Source of the DNA: Blepharisma stoltei ATCC 30299
Taxonomy: Eukaryota > Protista > Ciliophora
Assembly (NCBI GenBank): GCA_965603825.1
Contig: CBFDEM010000047.1
Span: forward strand, 310,001-374,000
DNA: 64,000 bases
Direction: 5' to 3'
A program made the translations under genes and the position numbers. Shown here piece after piece: positions 24,374-33,824 of this stretch (positions are counted from its first letter, which is position 1; every line of letters starts with the position of its first letter). The notes under the pieces are model-generated. The model was not told the DNA's origin, did no database searches, and was given only the letters and a program-made list of their open reading frames with translations.

Positions 24374-25108
24374 ATGGACAGCTTCTATGTAAACCAGCTG
24401 GTCTGGGCCAAAGTTGATGGGTTTCCCTGGTGGCCTGGGATTGTAATTTCCACTGAGCTTGATTCAGTAACGGTTTATTTTATTGGCGAAAATTCTCATG
24501 CAACTTTGAAACCCTCCAAGGTATGCGCGTTTGAAGAAAAAGAGCCTACAGGTGAAGATCCATGGCTTCTACGTAGTATAAGGGCTGCTAAAAAGTTACA
24601 ATCTCCAATTACAATAGACCAAATTAAGCAGGCTAACGAAAAACTCGAAAGAAAACAAAAAGTGATTATTATTCAGATAAAAAAACGACAGCGCAAAGAA
24701 GAAAGCAGTGAAGACAACTTAGAGTCAAAAATCGCTGAACTTCATAGAATTCTTGACAACAAAATCAAAGGACAAGACACAAGTTCAGCGAAAAGATCCA
24801 CACAAAATGTGAATACTCTTTTGAAAACTCAAAAGCTGCTGACAGCATTTGCACATAGAAATTTGTCAAAAAATATAGGCCAGACGAAGCCTACTATGAA
24901 AAATCTAGTTAAATGTTTTAAGAAATTAGTTGATTTGAAAGTTTCACAAAAATTGTTTATGTCTTGCAAGATAATTAAACTTGTGAAACTGTTTAAGAAT
25001 GAATTTGAAGACAGCCAAGAAGCAGAAATGAAGATTTTAGTAAGAATTGCTGATAAACTTATTAAAAGATGGGAAAAAATCGTTTTATTTTCAGCTGCTG
25101 ATAATTAA
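24374..25108 (+). CDS. PWWP-domain protein with a C-terminal TFIIS-N (TND)-like helical domain
   Basis: LVWAKVDGFPWWPG and VYFIG. The C-terminal LVDLKVSQKLFMSCKIIKLV...ADKLIKRWEKIV fits the TND pattern. Confidence 0.8.
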   Translation: MDSFYVNQLVWAKVDGFPWWPGIVISTELDSVTVYFIGENSHATLKPSKVCAFEEKEPTGEDPWLLRSIRAAKKLQSPITIDQIKQANEKLERKQKVIIIQIKKRQRKEESSEDNLESKIAELHRILDNKIKGQDTSSAKRSTQNVNTLLKTQKLLTAFAHRNLSKNIGQTKPTMKNLVKCFKKLVDLKVSQKLFMSCKIIKLVKLFKNEFEDSQEAEMKILVRIADKLIKRWEKIVLFSAADN

Positions 25109-25234
25109 GCTGAGAGTGATTTTTTATTAATTTTGAATTGCATTCAAAAATTTTAAGCTGGCTTTATGACGAATAATTATAGCAATAAGAATTATAATCT
25201 TTGCTTAAATAACTAAAATCAATAAATTAATGAT

Positions 25235-26293
25235 TTATTTCCCAATATTCTTTTTAGCTTGATAGTAATCAGGTAGCAAAGTCTCAACTACACAATTATC
25301 AGCATTGGTATATAGTGGATAATCAAACGCTGCCATATAATTGTAAACGTAGTTATTATAAGAACTCTTGCCCCACCAATCTGACATGCACTTCATATTG
25401 AATCTTCTGTTTGTATTGCATTTATCAATAAAATCGCTCTGTATCCATATCTTTAAATACTTCGTTTTATCTGCTGCATAAGAATCCCCAGGGAAAATCG
25501 AGCAATAGCTAGCACCAGTTTTCCCATAAGTGCAGGTGCAAGTCCCTTGAAGCTGCCCATTATTAGGAAAATAACTATCAGGGACTGACAAGCAGTCAGA
25601 ATTACTTGTGCAGGTCTTAGGAAAAGTTGTAGATTTTACTGATTTCATGCATTCATAAGCCCCATTATTTAGCATGCAAGACCCCGAATCGCAGAGAGCT
25701 CCTACATTAGTTTTAGAGCAAGCTCCAACTGGCATATGGTCGCCTATTGAATAATAAGACACGCAATAGCTATTTTGAAGAGATGTCCCTGTATTGCAGC
25801 CAGCATGATTTACACAGTCATAATCTGTTGAACACCCACTTCCTCCTACAGGAATCTGCTTCTGGCAAGTATTATTGACGCAGCGTAAACCAGGATCACA
25901 GTCATCGCTTGTTTTGCAGTATTCATTTAGGTATGCTCCAACACAGATCCCACCAATACAGCCATGCTTGGCATGAGAATTGCAATCAGAGCTATCTGCG
26001 CATTTTTCACCAGGCCACGCAAAAGATGTGATAGGAGGCTGGTCGCCAATACAGGTAGAGTTCTGTTGGCTGCTAAATAAACAGTAATTTAGAGCAATTG
26101 TTGAGCATTTTTTGATGTAATAAGCATTTTGAGTACTAGCGTAAAAGGAGCAGGTGTTGCTTGTAAAGGTTTGGTTAGAGAGTCTGCAAGCAAATGAGCC
26201 ACAGTTTAAACTCGCATCATTTGTGGAGTTAAAATCTTGGCAAGAAACCGAAATAAAGCTGGAAAATAAATAGGAGAAATATAAGAAGAGCAT
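25235..26293 (-). CDS. Secreted cysteine-rich protein, 352 aa
   Basis: Hydrophobic signal peptide and many C..xxDC modules (CADSSDC, CKTSDDC, CSTDYDC, CTSNSDC). Confidence 0.85.
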   Translation of the reverse strand: MLFLYFSYLFSSFISVSCQDFNSTNDASLNCGSFACRLSNQTFTSNTCSFYASTQNAYYIKKCSTIALNYCLFSSQQNSTCIGDQPPITSFAWPGEKCADSSDCNSHAKHGCIGGICVGAYLNEYCKTSDDCDPGLRCVNNTCQKQIPVGGSGCSTDYDCVNHAGCNTGTSLQNSYCVSYYSIGDHMPVGACSKTNVGALCDSGSCMLNNGAYECMKSVKSTTFPKTCTSNSDCLSVPDSYFPNNGQLQGTCTCTYGKTGASYCSIFPGDSYAADKTKYLKIWIQSDFIDKCNTNRRFNMKCMSDWWGKSSYNNYVYNYMAAFDYPLYTNADNCVVETLLPDYYQAKKNIGK

Positions 26294-26332
26294 TTTTATT
26301 ATTCGACAAGCTATTCTATTAGGGATTAATTA

Positions 26333-28339
26333 TTAGTCAATAATTGTATTTGGGTTAGCACTTTTCAAGACATCGTAATATTTTTCATAAAGTCTACCAA
26401 AGCTTAATCTATCATGATAATCCACAGTAAGCATATCTTTCAAAATAGGCTTCAGCCAATCAAAGCCTTCAATACCATCAATTTCATCATTAATTACTTC
26501 TTGCTCAGCACAGTTAAGTCCTTGAATATCTTCTGGATCTAATTTAAGCATTTCAAGTACAGTCAAGCCTAAAGAGAAAACGTCAGCTAATGTCCTTCTT
26601 TCTTTCAAAGCAGCGCTTAGTTCTTCTAACCTTTTATCTTTTTCTTTTTTTCTCCGTTTTCTGGAATCTTCCCAAGCTTTATAAATCTCTGGAGCCATAT
26701 AAATTTCAGTTCCTACAATTCCTACTCGGGTTGAATGGGTGGTGTTTATTGATCGATTTGACACCAAGCTTGCATCGAAATCCCCTATCTTATATATATT
26801 TTCTCCATTACCATCGACTACAAAAATATTGCTGGGTTTTATATCTCTATGGATAATTTTCAAATCAATAAGTATTTTGAATGCGTTAAGCATATCAAGG
26901 AGAAACTTCATAACATTTGCTTCTGAATACCTTGCTCCTTTGCTCTTCATTCGTTTAATTTCATCTTTAAGTGACTCTTTGCAGCCTTCCATGACCAATG
27001 TAAACCTATGCTTTCCATTTCCCATGTCATAAAAAGCACCATAAATTTTCATAAAACTTGAAGACCCTGTAGAATAAGCTTTTGCCATAATATCAGCTTC
27101 CTGTTTATACCTTGTAAGTTTAAAATCGTTTGGACCTAGATGGCATTTAACCACCACCTCTTCTACTTTTCCATTTGGCTTGTAATATCTTACTCTGGAG
27201 ACATAAAAATCAACGTCTTCTGATTTGATTGTTAGAGGAATTATCCTGTCGATAGTTTCTCTTAAGGGTTCCCAACTTTTAATTTCGAGATTGTTCATGT
27301 CAAAAGGCTCAATTTCTTCAAAAGTTGTGGCGAATTCATTGCTTAATCTATCAGTGGAACTATCAGCAAAACTCTTCTTTTCTTCTTCTTGCTGATTCCT
27401 ATTTATTTGAGGGATTAATGGCGAAGACTGAGATAATTCTTCGGCTGATTGGCCTCTCTCTATTTGGGGTATAGATGGAGAAGGCTGATGCATTTGACGG
27501 GCTGATTGGGATCGATCTATTTGAGGGATTTCTATTAAAGCTGGAAAATATGTTTTGTATTTATCAATTCTTGATTTGAGCTCTGGGATGCAATCACTAT
27601 AAATATCAAAAACTTTGCGAATTGATGACCTAAACCTAGCTTCATCGAAATCGTATTTTTTATAAGGCTCCAGCATCTCCTCTTTATTTGCCAAAGAACT
27701 TGAATTTTTTATAAGTTCTAGATGCTCTTTATTTCTGAGTTCGCCATTGAGCAAAGTGGCGAGCAAAATCGGCTGCTCTTCAATATGTAAACAATTATTT
27801 ATCTCTTCATAGTCTTTAATCATATCAGCAATATCAAAGAAATTTGAGGATGACGAATCTATGTCGCATATATTAGTGACTATATAATTTTCTAAGCTCT
27901 TAGTATCGAACTTCAAATTTCTCATTTCTTCAATAACTGAGATCCACTTTTTAACAGCCTTAAAAATTTCAGAATAATTTATTTTTGCATTATTGATTAT
28001 GCTTTCAACTTCAGGCCCTTTATTTTCTTCATAGTTTTCTATAACCAGACTGCTATAATCCAAGTCAAATTTCTTCTCCACCAACCTGGCTAAATCTTCG
28101 ACATAGAAAGCCAGGTCAGGATTTTTAGATTTACAGATCTTTATTAACTCAAGGACGCTAAGCACTTGATGGGCATCTAAAGGCTCCAAACGTTTAAAAA
28201 GCAAAAAGAAAAAATATTGTTTTGCGCTTTCATTAGCTTTTGCTTCTTCTTGGAGATCTCTAAAAGGCTTTCGGATGCTCTCATCAAGAATACTTGGAAG
28301 ATGCGGATCGAGAAATGGATAAAGCAGCTCTGTGGACAT
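26333..28339 (-). CDS. Divergent Ser/Thr protein kinase with long N-terminal extension, 668 aa
   Basis: VVVK, IIHRDIKPSNI, KIGDFD, GTEIYMAPE, DVFSLG. Confidence 0.88.
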   Translation of the reverse strand: MSTELLYPFLDPHLPSILDESIRKPFRDLQEEAKANESAKQYFFFLLFKRLEPLDAHQVLSVLELIKICKSKNPDLAFYVEDLARLVEKKFDLDYSSLVIENYEENKGPEVESIINNAKINYSEIFKAVKKWISVIEEMRNLKFDTKSLENYIVTNICDIDSSSSNFFDIADMIKDYEEINNCLHIEEQPILLATLLNGELRNKEHLELIKNSSSLANKEEMLEPYKKYDFDEARFRSSIRKVFDIYSDCIPELKSRIDKYKTYFPALIEIPQIDRSQSARQMHQPSPSIPQIERGQSAEELSQSSPLIPQINRNQQEEEKKSFADSSTDRLSNEFATTFEEIEPFDMNNLEIKSWEPLRETIDRIIPLTIKSEDVDFYVSRVRYYKPNGKVEEVVVKCHLGPNDFKLTRYKQEADIMAKAYSTGSSSFMKIYGAFYDMGNGKHRFTLVMEGCKESLKDEIKRMKSKGARYSEANVMKFLLDMLNAFKILIDLKIIHRDIKPSNIFVVDGNGENIYKIGDFDASLVSNRSINTTHSTRVGIVGTEIYMAPEIYKAWEDSRKRRKKEKDKRLEELSAALKERRTLADVFSLGLTVLEMLKLDPEDIQGLNCAEQEVINDEIDGIEGFDWLKPILKDMLTVDYHDRLSFGRLYEKYYDVLKSANPNTIID
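27391..27531 (-). repeat. 57-bp (19-aa) coding tandem repeat, about 2.5 units
   Basis: IPQIDRSQSARQMHQPSPS / IPQIERGQSAEELSQSSPL / IPQINRNQ. Confidence 0.8.
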
Positions 28340-28438
28340 TTATTATTCTAATTCTACATAATTTTTGCTATTTAAGAGACTCTTTAATATAAAACTGATT
28401 GATTTAATTTTTATAAATTGTGATTAATTACTCCGAGC

Positions 28439-29950
28439 TTAAAATCCTAAATATTCCGAGAAATTTTCAAAGTTCACTACTTCTTCTCTATATTTATCAT
28501 AGAGCTCAAAAAATGCTAAAGTGTCTTGTTTATTTGCTACTATTCCCATTTTCTTCAGAGCAATATCGAAATCGCCTAGAGATATTTGACCATCTTCGTC
28601 ACAATCAAAAAATCTTAAAACACTTTTTATATCAAAATCTGGGTTATTTTGCAATTCACTTTTAGCTTCTTCTATTTTTCTTTCATTTTCTATTAAAACC
28701 TCAAAAAAATTTTTAATTGTCCCCAATGTGAAATTACTAAATTCGCTGTCTTCATTTTGTCTTGATAAAAGAATTTCTGCATATTCAAGATCTTTTGGAG
28801 CGAAAATTAGCTTAAATTTATCCAAATCAATAGTATTATCAGCTCTTCCATAAGTTTTGAATATAAAGGAAAGATTCACTCCAGTTAATTGAATTGCATT
28901 TAAAAATCTTTCTAAATCTAGAAGTTTTATGACTCCATTATCTGCTCTGTCTATTAGTTTAAAAAGGCTAGGAACAGAAAAATCGTCTAGAACTGACAAA
29001 TTCTGCTTGAGAAATTCTAGTTTTCTGATCGCAAATAGTTGGATTTTCATCAAATTATCAATTGAGCATGATTCGTCTGAGACTTGAGGAGGAGCTTGAG
29101 GTGAGCTTTTAAGATCAGATTTTCTCATCTCTGGGCTACTTTTTTTAGGGGTCTCAAATTTAAACTCTTCTTTTTTTGGCGTTTCTATTTTACTCTTTTC
29201 TTCTTCTTTTTCTTCTTGTCTTGGCCTGTCTTCAGATTTACTTTCGCTGTCTTTACTGCTAGCAATTTCTTGCTTTGTTTGATTTAAAGGTAGCATAAAA
29301 TCTAAAAATTCGTTATAAGTGATAACTGCATCTTCTTCAGTGTCAATTCTCCTCAAAATGTCATCAAGATCTTGCTCTAAAAGTAAATTTCCAAATTCTC
29401 TAGAAAATTCGATAAAATCATTTTCTGAGATATAGCCTTTACCTCGCTTATCTAGAGCATTGAATGCTTTAACAGTTGTATATCCCGGCAGTGTTGATAA
29501 TTTTCCTTTGATTTTTTCAAGATCTTTTTGAAAAGATAGCTCACTTTCCAAGAGCTTTGATAGAGAATATTCAACGGTTGGGGTAAGACGCCACCTATGA
29601 GGTAAGCAGCGAGCACTAGCTATAGAACGGAGTCCTGGATTTGTGGAAGGCAAAACTAATTGAAAGAAATCTTCAATAGTTAATCGGCCGTTTAGCTCAG
29701 AACTGTATTGCTTTATTAAGAGATATAAATCAGTATCTGAGGATTTAATGCCTCGAAGTGAGAGGAATTCTGAAATATCTTTCGGGATGAGGCACCCAGT
29801 ATGAACCGTGCAAAGAGTATGGAAAGCTTGATATGGATCAAATTCAGGGTTTTCACAAAGAACTATTCGCAAAATTTCTATATTGTGCTCGCCTTGTCGG
29901 AGCTTTGTTATTAAGTCATAGAGAAGATTTTTTGATTCGGAATCCAGCAT
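28439..29950 (-). CDS. Multi EF-hand calcium-binding protein, 503 aa
   Basis: LDKRGKGYISENDF, IDTEEDAVITYNEF, IDRADNGVIKLLDL, FDCDEDGQISLGDF. Confidence 0.88.
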   Translation of the reverse strand: MLDSESKNLLYDLITKLRQGEHNIEILRIVLCENPEFDPYQAFHTLCTVHTGCLIPKDISEFLSLRGIKSSDTDLYLLIKQYSSELNGRLTIEDFFQLVLPSTNPGLRSIASARCLPHRWRLTPTVEYSLSKLLESELSFQKDLEKIKGKLSTLPGYTTVKAFNALDKRGKGYISENDFIEFSREFGNLLLEQDLDDILRRIDTEEDAVITYNEFLDFMLPLNQTKQEIASSKDSESKSEDRPRQEEKEEEKSKIETPKKEEFKFETPKKSSPEMRKSDLKSSPQAPPQVSDESCSIDNLMKIQLFAIRKLEFLKQNLSVLDDFSVPSLFKLIDRADNGVIKLLDLERFLNAIQLTGVNLSFIFKTYGRADNTIDLDKFKLIFAPKDLEYAEILLSRQNEDSEFSNFTLGTIKNFFEVLIENERKIEEAKSELQNNPDFDIKSVLRFFDCDEDGQISLGDFDIALKKMGIVANKQDTLAFFELYDKYREEVVNFENFSEYLGF

Positions 29951-30020
29951 TTGCTCTTAGTTCTAAGCAAAAATTATTAGTTGATAATTTGAAAAACAAA
30001 TAAAATGATAAAAATTGAAG

Positions 30021-30911
30021 ATGGAGGAATGATGGAAAAAGTATGTCAACCTTATTCCTTCTGCTGGGATTTTTTACCCTGAAGAGAACTGATGTAATCT
30101 ATCATCATCTCAAGGCTATAGAATCCAAACTTATAGATTTAGCCACAGTCATCCTAAAGGTATAGTCTTTATGTTTCATGGTCTAAGAAGCAATGCTGAG
30201 TATTTAAGCTACATTTCCAAATTCCTCTATGAAAATGGCTATACAGTGCTAGCTATGGATCAACAAGGCCATGGAAAAAGTGAAGGACCTAGGAGCCTAA
30301 TAGCGAGCGTAAATTATCTTATAGATGACTCATTAAAATATATAGAGAAAGGTTTAGAGTTGTATGATAGAAATTTACCTGTTTTTTTATTAGGAGAAAG
30401 CTTAGGAGGTTGCATTTCACTTCAGTTATCTCTTCGTTGCCCAGAAGCTTTTAGAGGGCTGATTCTGCTAGCACCTGCTGTAGGGGTTTCACAATATGGA
30501 GAAGGAATCGCTAAAAAATTCACAAGATTTGTATCATGAATGAAGCCAAACATGAGACTTATTAGTAGGTCTCAGTCAAAAGCCTCGAAGAATCCCTCTT
30601 TTCCTGACTGGCATAGAGATAATCCATTGATTGATAAAACTGGGCTCCCAATTATTAGCGCTAACGCACTTCTGCAAGGCCTAGAAGATTTACAAAAGCA
30701 AGTAAAAAATATAATAGTACCGTTTCTGACTATACAGGGAGGAAAGGACTATATTATAAGCGCTAAAGTAACACAATGATTTGTAAAACAAGCAAAATCA
30801 GCTGATAAAAATATGATATTTTATGATAACTTGTATCATTCAATTGGTGCGGAGCCAGAAATTGATGAAATTCTCCAGCAAATCCTTAATTGGATGAGCG
30901 CAAGAATTTAA
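30021..30911 (+). CDS. Monoacylglycerol lipase / lysophospholipase-like alpha/beta hydrolase, 296 aa
   Basis: FHG, DQQGHGKSEG, GESLGG nucleophile elbow, QGGKD, LYH. Four TGA=Trp. Confidence 0.9.
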
Positions 30912-31076
30912 TTCCTATTAAATTTTCTATCATCTACAATAATTGCTATTAATAGTTAAAACTAGTTTTTAATTTTTTATAAAATCATTCTTGATTTTTC
31001 CTAAATATTCTTTTTCTATTAGATTTCTATTAACCCTCAAAGGCTTTTTAAAAGCAGAATTGAAATTGCGGCCATT

Positions 31077-33359
31077 ATGTTTAGACGTATTTTCAGAAAT
31101 ATAATGGAAGCCAATCCCAAATCGGTGATCATTGACATCATTGGTCTATCAGCTCAAAAAGCAGAAGAAACACTTAGAAATCAAGCTTTAACAGCCAAAC
31201 TCCTGAGCGTTGCAAACTCTGCTAAATCGTTTCCTCAGTTCAGTCCTTCAACAAGCTCTGGTAAGCTTCTATACTCAATTGCAACTTCAGTTCCAGAATC
31301 AATTGATACCTTCAAGCCTTTTCTAATCGAGCAGGTCGCTATAAACAACATAAAATCAGCACCTCAATTAGAAGCAGCTATTGAGTATCTCAAAAAGAAT
31401 AAGAAAGTTGAGCAAGAAGAATTTCTGAGATTTTGTGGGGTAGGCGTTGAAGTTACCACAGAACAAATCCAAGCCACAGTCAACGAAATCTTGGATAATG
31501 ATGCAGAAACTATCAGAAAGCTTGGATGGGAAAATAAAGGCTTAGTCGGCAATCTCATAGGAAAAGTCAAACAAGTCCACAAGTGGGGAAACCCAAACAC
31601 CATCAAGGAACTTGTAGAAGCCAAGCTTTTGACTATTTTAGGCCCTAAGGTAGAAGGAGAAGCCCAAAAAGCAAAAAAAAAGGAAAAAGTCACACTGGTG
31701 GAAGAGACCAAGAAGGAAAAGCTGAGCACTTGCATTGGGAGAGAACTTAAAAGTGCAGTAAACACCGAAGAGCAGATGAAAAAGCACTTAGCCTTTACTG
31801 GTGGAAAAGTGATGACTAGGTTCCCACCAGAGCCAAACGGATATTTGCATATTGGCCATGCTAAAGCTATGAGATTCAGCTTTACAATGGCTGCTGAAAA
31901 TGGCGGTCATTGCTACTTAAGATTTGATGATACTAATCCTGAAAAGGAGACTGGAGAGTTCATAGAAAACATCAAGAGAAATGTCGCTTGGCTCGGCTAC
32001 ACACCATGGAAAATCACCCACGCCAGTGAGTATTTCCCTGAAATGTACGAATTGGCATTGGAACTAATAAGAAGAGACAAAGCTTATGTTGATGAACAAC
32101 CATGGGCTTTAATTAAGGAGCAGAGATTTAATCAAATTGACAGCCCTTATCGTAATACCTCGCCTGAAGTAAATCTAGAGAAATTCGATAAAATGAAAAG
32201 AGGCTACTATGCTGAAGGAGAAGCATGCTTGAGAATGAAAATTGATATGAAGCACCCTAACCCATGCATGAGAGACCCAGTGGCCTATAGAATTAAATAT
32301 TTACCACATCCACATGTAGGGGATAAGTGGTGTGTTTATCCAACTTATGATATGGAACATTGCATTGTAGACTCTATTGAAAATATCACCCACAGTCTTT
32401 GCACCTTAGAATTTGAAATCAGACGTGATTCTTACTATTGGCTTGTTGAAGCTCTAGATCTCTATAAAGCCTCAGTTTGGGAGTACTCAAGACTCAATAT
32501 CACCCATGTCATGATGTCAAAACGAAAACTTCAAGCTTTAGTTGAAGGCAAACTTGTTAAGGGCTGGGATGATCCTCGTCTACCAACCTTAAATGGCTTG
32601 AAGAGAAGAGGCTACACATCAGAAGCCATCAATGAATTTGTCGATCTTGTAGGCGTCACCCGCAGAGGCAACGAAAACATCATTTCTATCAAACTTCTTG
32701 AGCACTGTATCAGAAAGGACTTAAATGAAAGAGCTCCTAGAACTTTAGCTGTCATTGAACCTTTATCAGTCACTATTGCTGGCTTAACCTCGCCACAAAC
32801 TATTAGTGTCCCACGCTTTCCACAAAACCCTGAAAAAGGTTCATATACAGTTACAATCACTTCTAACATTTTCATCGAAAGATCAGATTTCCACGAAGCT
32901 GATGACCCTTCTTTCTTTGGCCTCGCTCCTGGAAAAATTGTTGGACTTAAATATCTTCCATTCAAAATCCGCTGTGTTCGCTTCGAAAAAGATAACCGCA
33001 CCGGCGTTGTTAGTCGCTTAGACTGTGAAGTAGTAAACGACGAGACAAAGCCTAAAGGTGTCTTACATTGGATTTCTTATGAAGACTCTGTCCCATGTGA
33101 AGTAAGATTATACGACTACTTGTTTTTATCAGAAAACCCAGCTGCTATTGAAGACTGGAAATCTGACCTAAACCCTAATTCATTACAGTCTATAGAGGGA
33201 GCCCTTATTAATAAGGATTTATTAGACGCCCAACATGAAGATAAATTCCAGTTCGAAAGAGTCGGGTATTTCTCAGTTGATTATGACTCTACCAATGAAA
33301 AGAAAGTGTTTAATAGAGTAGTCACTTTATTAGAAGGCAAGAAAAAACCTAAAGCATAA
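31077..33359 (+). CDS. QARS: Glutaminyl-tRNA synthetase, 760 aa
   Basis: TRFPPEPNGYLHIGH, RFDDTNPE, MSKRK, GWDDPRL, FQFERVGYF, plus the eukaryotic N-terminal domain. Confidence 0.96.
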   Translation: MFRRIFRNIMEANPKSVIIDIIGLSAQKAEETLRNQALTAKLLSVANSAKSFPQFSPSTSSGKLLYSIATSVPESIDTFKPFLIEQVAINNIKSAPQLEAAIEYLKKNKKVEQEEFLRFCGVGVEVTTEQIQATVNEILDNDAETIRKLGWENKGLVGNLIGKVKQVHKWGNPNTIKELVEAKLLTILGPKVEGEAQKAKKKEKVTLVEETKKEKLSTCIGRELKSAVNTEEQMKKHLAFTGGKVMTRFPPEPNGYLHIGHAKAMRFSFTMAAENGGHCYLRFDDTNPEKETGEFIENIKRNVAWLGYTPWKITHASEYFPEMYELALELIRRDKAYVDEQPWALIKEQRFNQIDSPYRNTSPEVNLEKFDKMKRGYYAEGEACLRMKIDMKHPNPCMRDPVAYRIKYLPHPHVGDKWCVYPTYDMEHCIVDSIENITHSLCTLEFEIRRDSYYWLVEALDLYKASVWEYSRLNITHVMMSKRKLQALVEGKLVKGWDDPRLPTLNGLKRRGYTSEAINEFVDLVGVTRRGNENIISIKLLEHCIRKDLNERAPRTLAVIEPLSVTIAGLTSPQTISVPRFPQNPEKGSYTVTITSNIFIERSDFHEADDPSFFGLAPGKIVGLKYLPFKIRCVRFEKDNRTGVVSRLDCEVVNDETKPKGVLHWISYEDSVPCEVRLYDYLFLSENPAAIEDWKSDLNPNSLQSIEGALINKDLLDAQHEDKFQFERVGYFSVDYDSTNEKKVFNRVVTLLEGKKKPKA

Positions 33360-33387
33360 TAAACACTTTTAATTAGAAATAAATTAA

Positions 33388-33813
33388 TTATACGGAGTAT
33401 GCGGTTATGCATAAGGAAAGCGTCAAAATCAGTAGGTATATAAGAAAGGTATAGTATGGGAGATAGGGGAGCTCTATAATAGTGAGAGAAATTATCAGAA
33501 GTAAAATGATAAATGTTGAGACGCATTCAAAACAAAGCTCTTTGAGGCGCTTATATGTGTATAAACTTGTAATAAATACTATAAAAGTTCATAGAGAGAT
33601 TGGGTAATAGCTGTATCCTCCGATTTGAAATAAGCAGAGAAGGATCCCTATAGAGTGCATGGCTATTCCAAATATGCATTGAGGCATTGAGTGACCTATA
33701 GTTATTTTGTCCAGCACACAGAAGAACTTTCGTTTGTCAGACCTCATATAAGGTTTGTGCAGAATAAAAATTCCTAGAAAATTCAGTATCAAAATCAATA
33801 AATTCCCTATCAT
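33388..33813 (-). CDS. Small multi-pass membrane protein, possibly a divergent TspO/MBR family member, 141 aa
   Basis: ORF 33589-33813 continues through TGA to TAA 33388-33390 and has about five hydrophobic segments. Confidence 0.6.
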
Positions 33814-33824
33814 TTTTATAAGTA

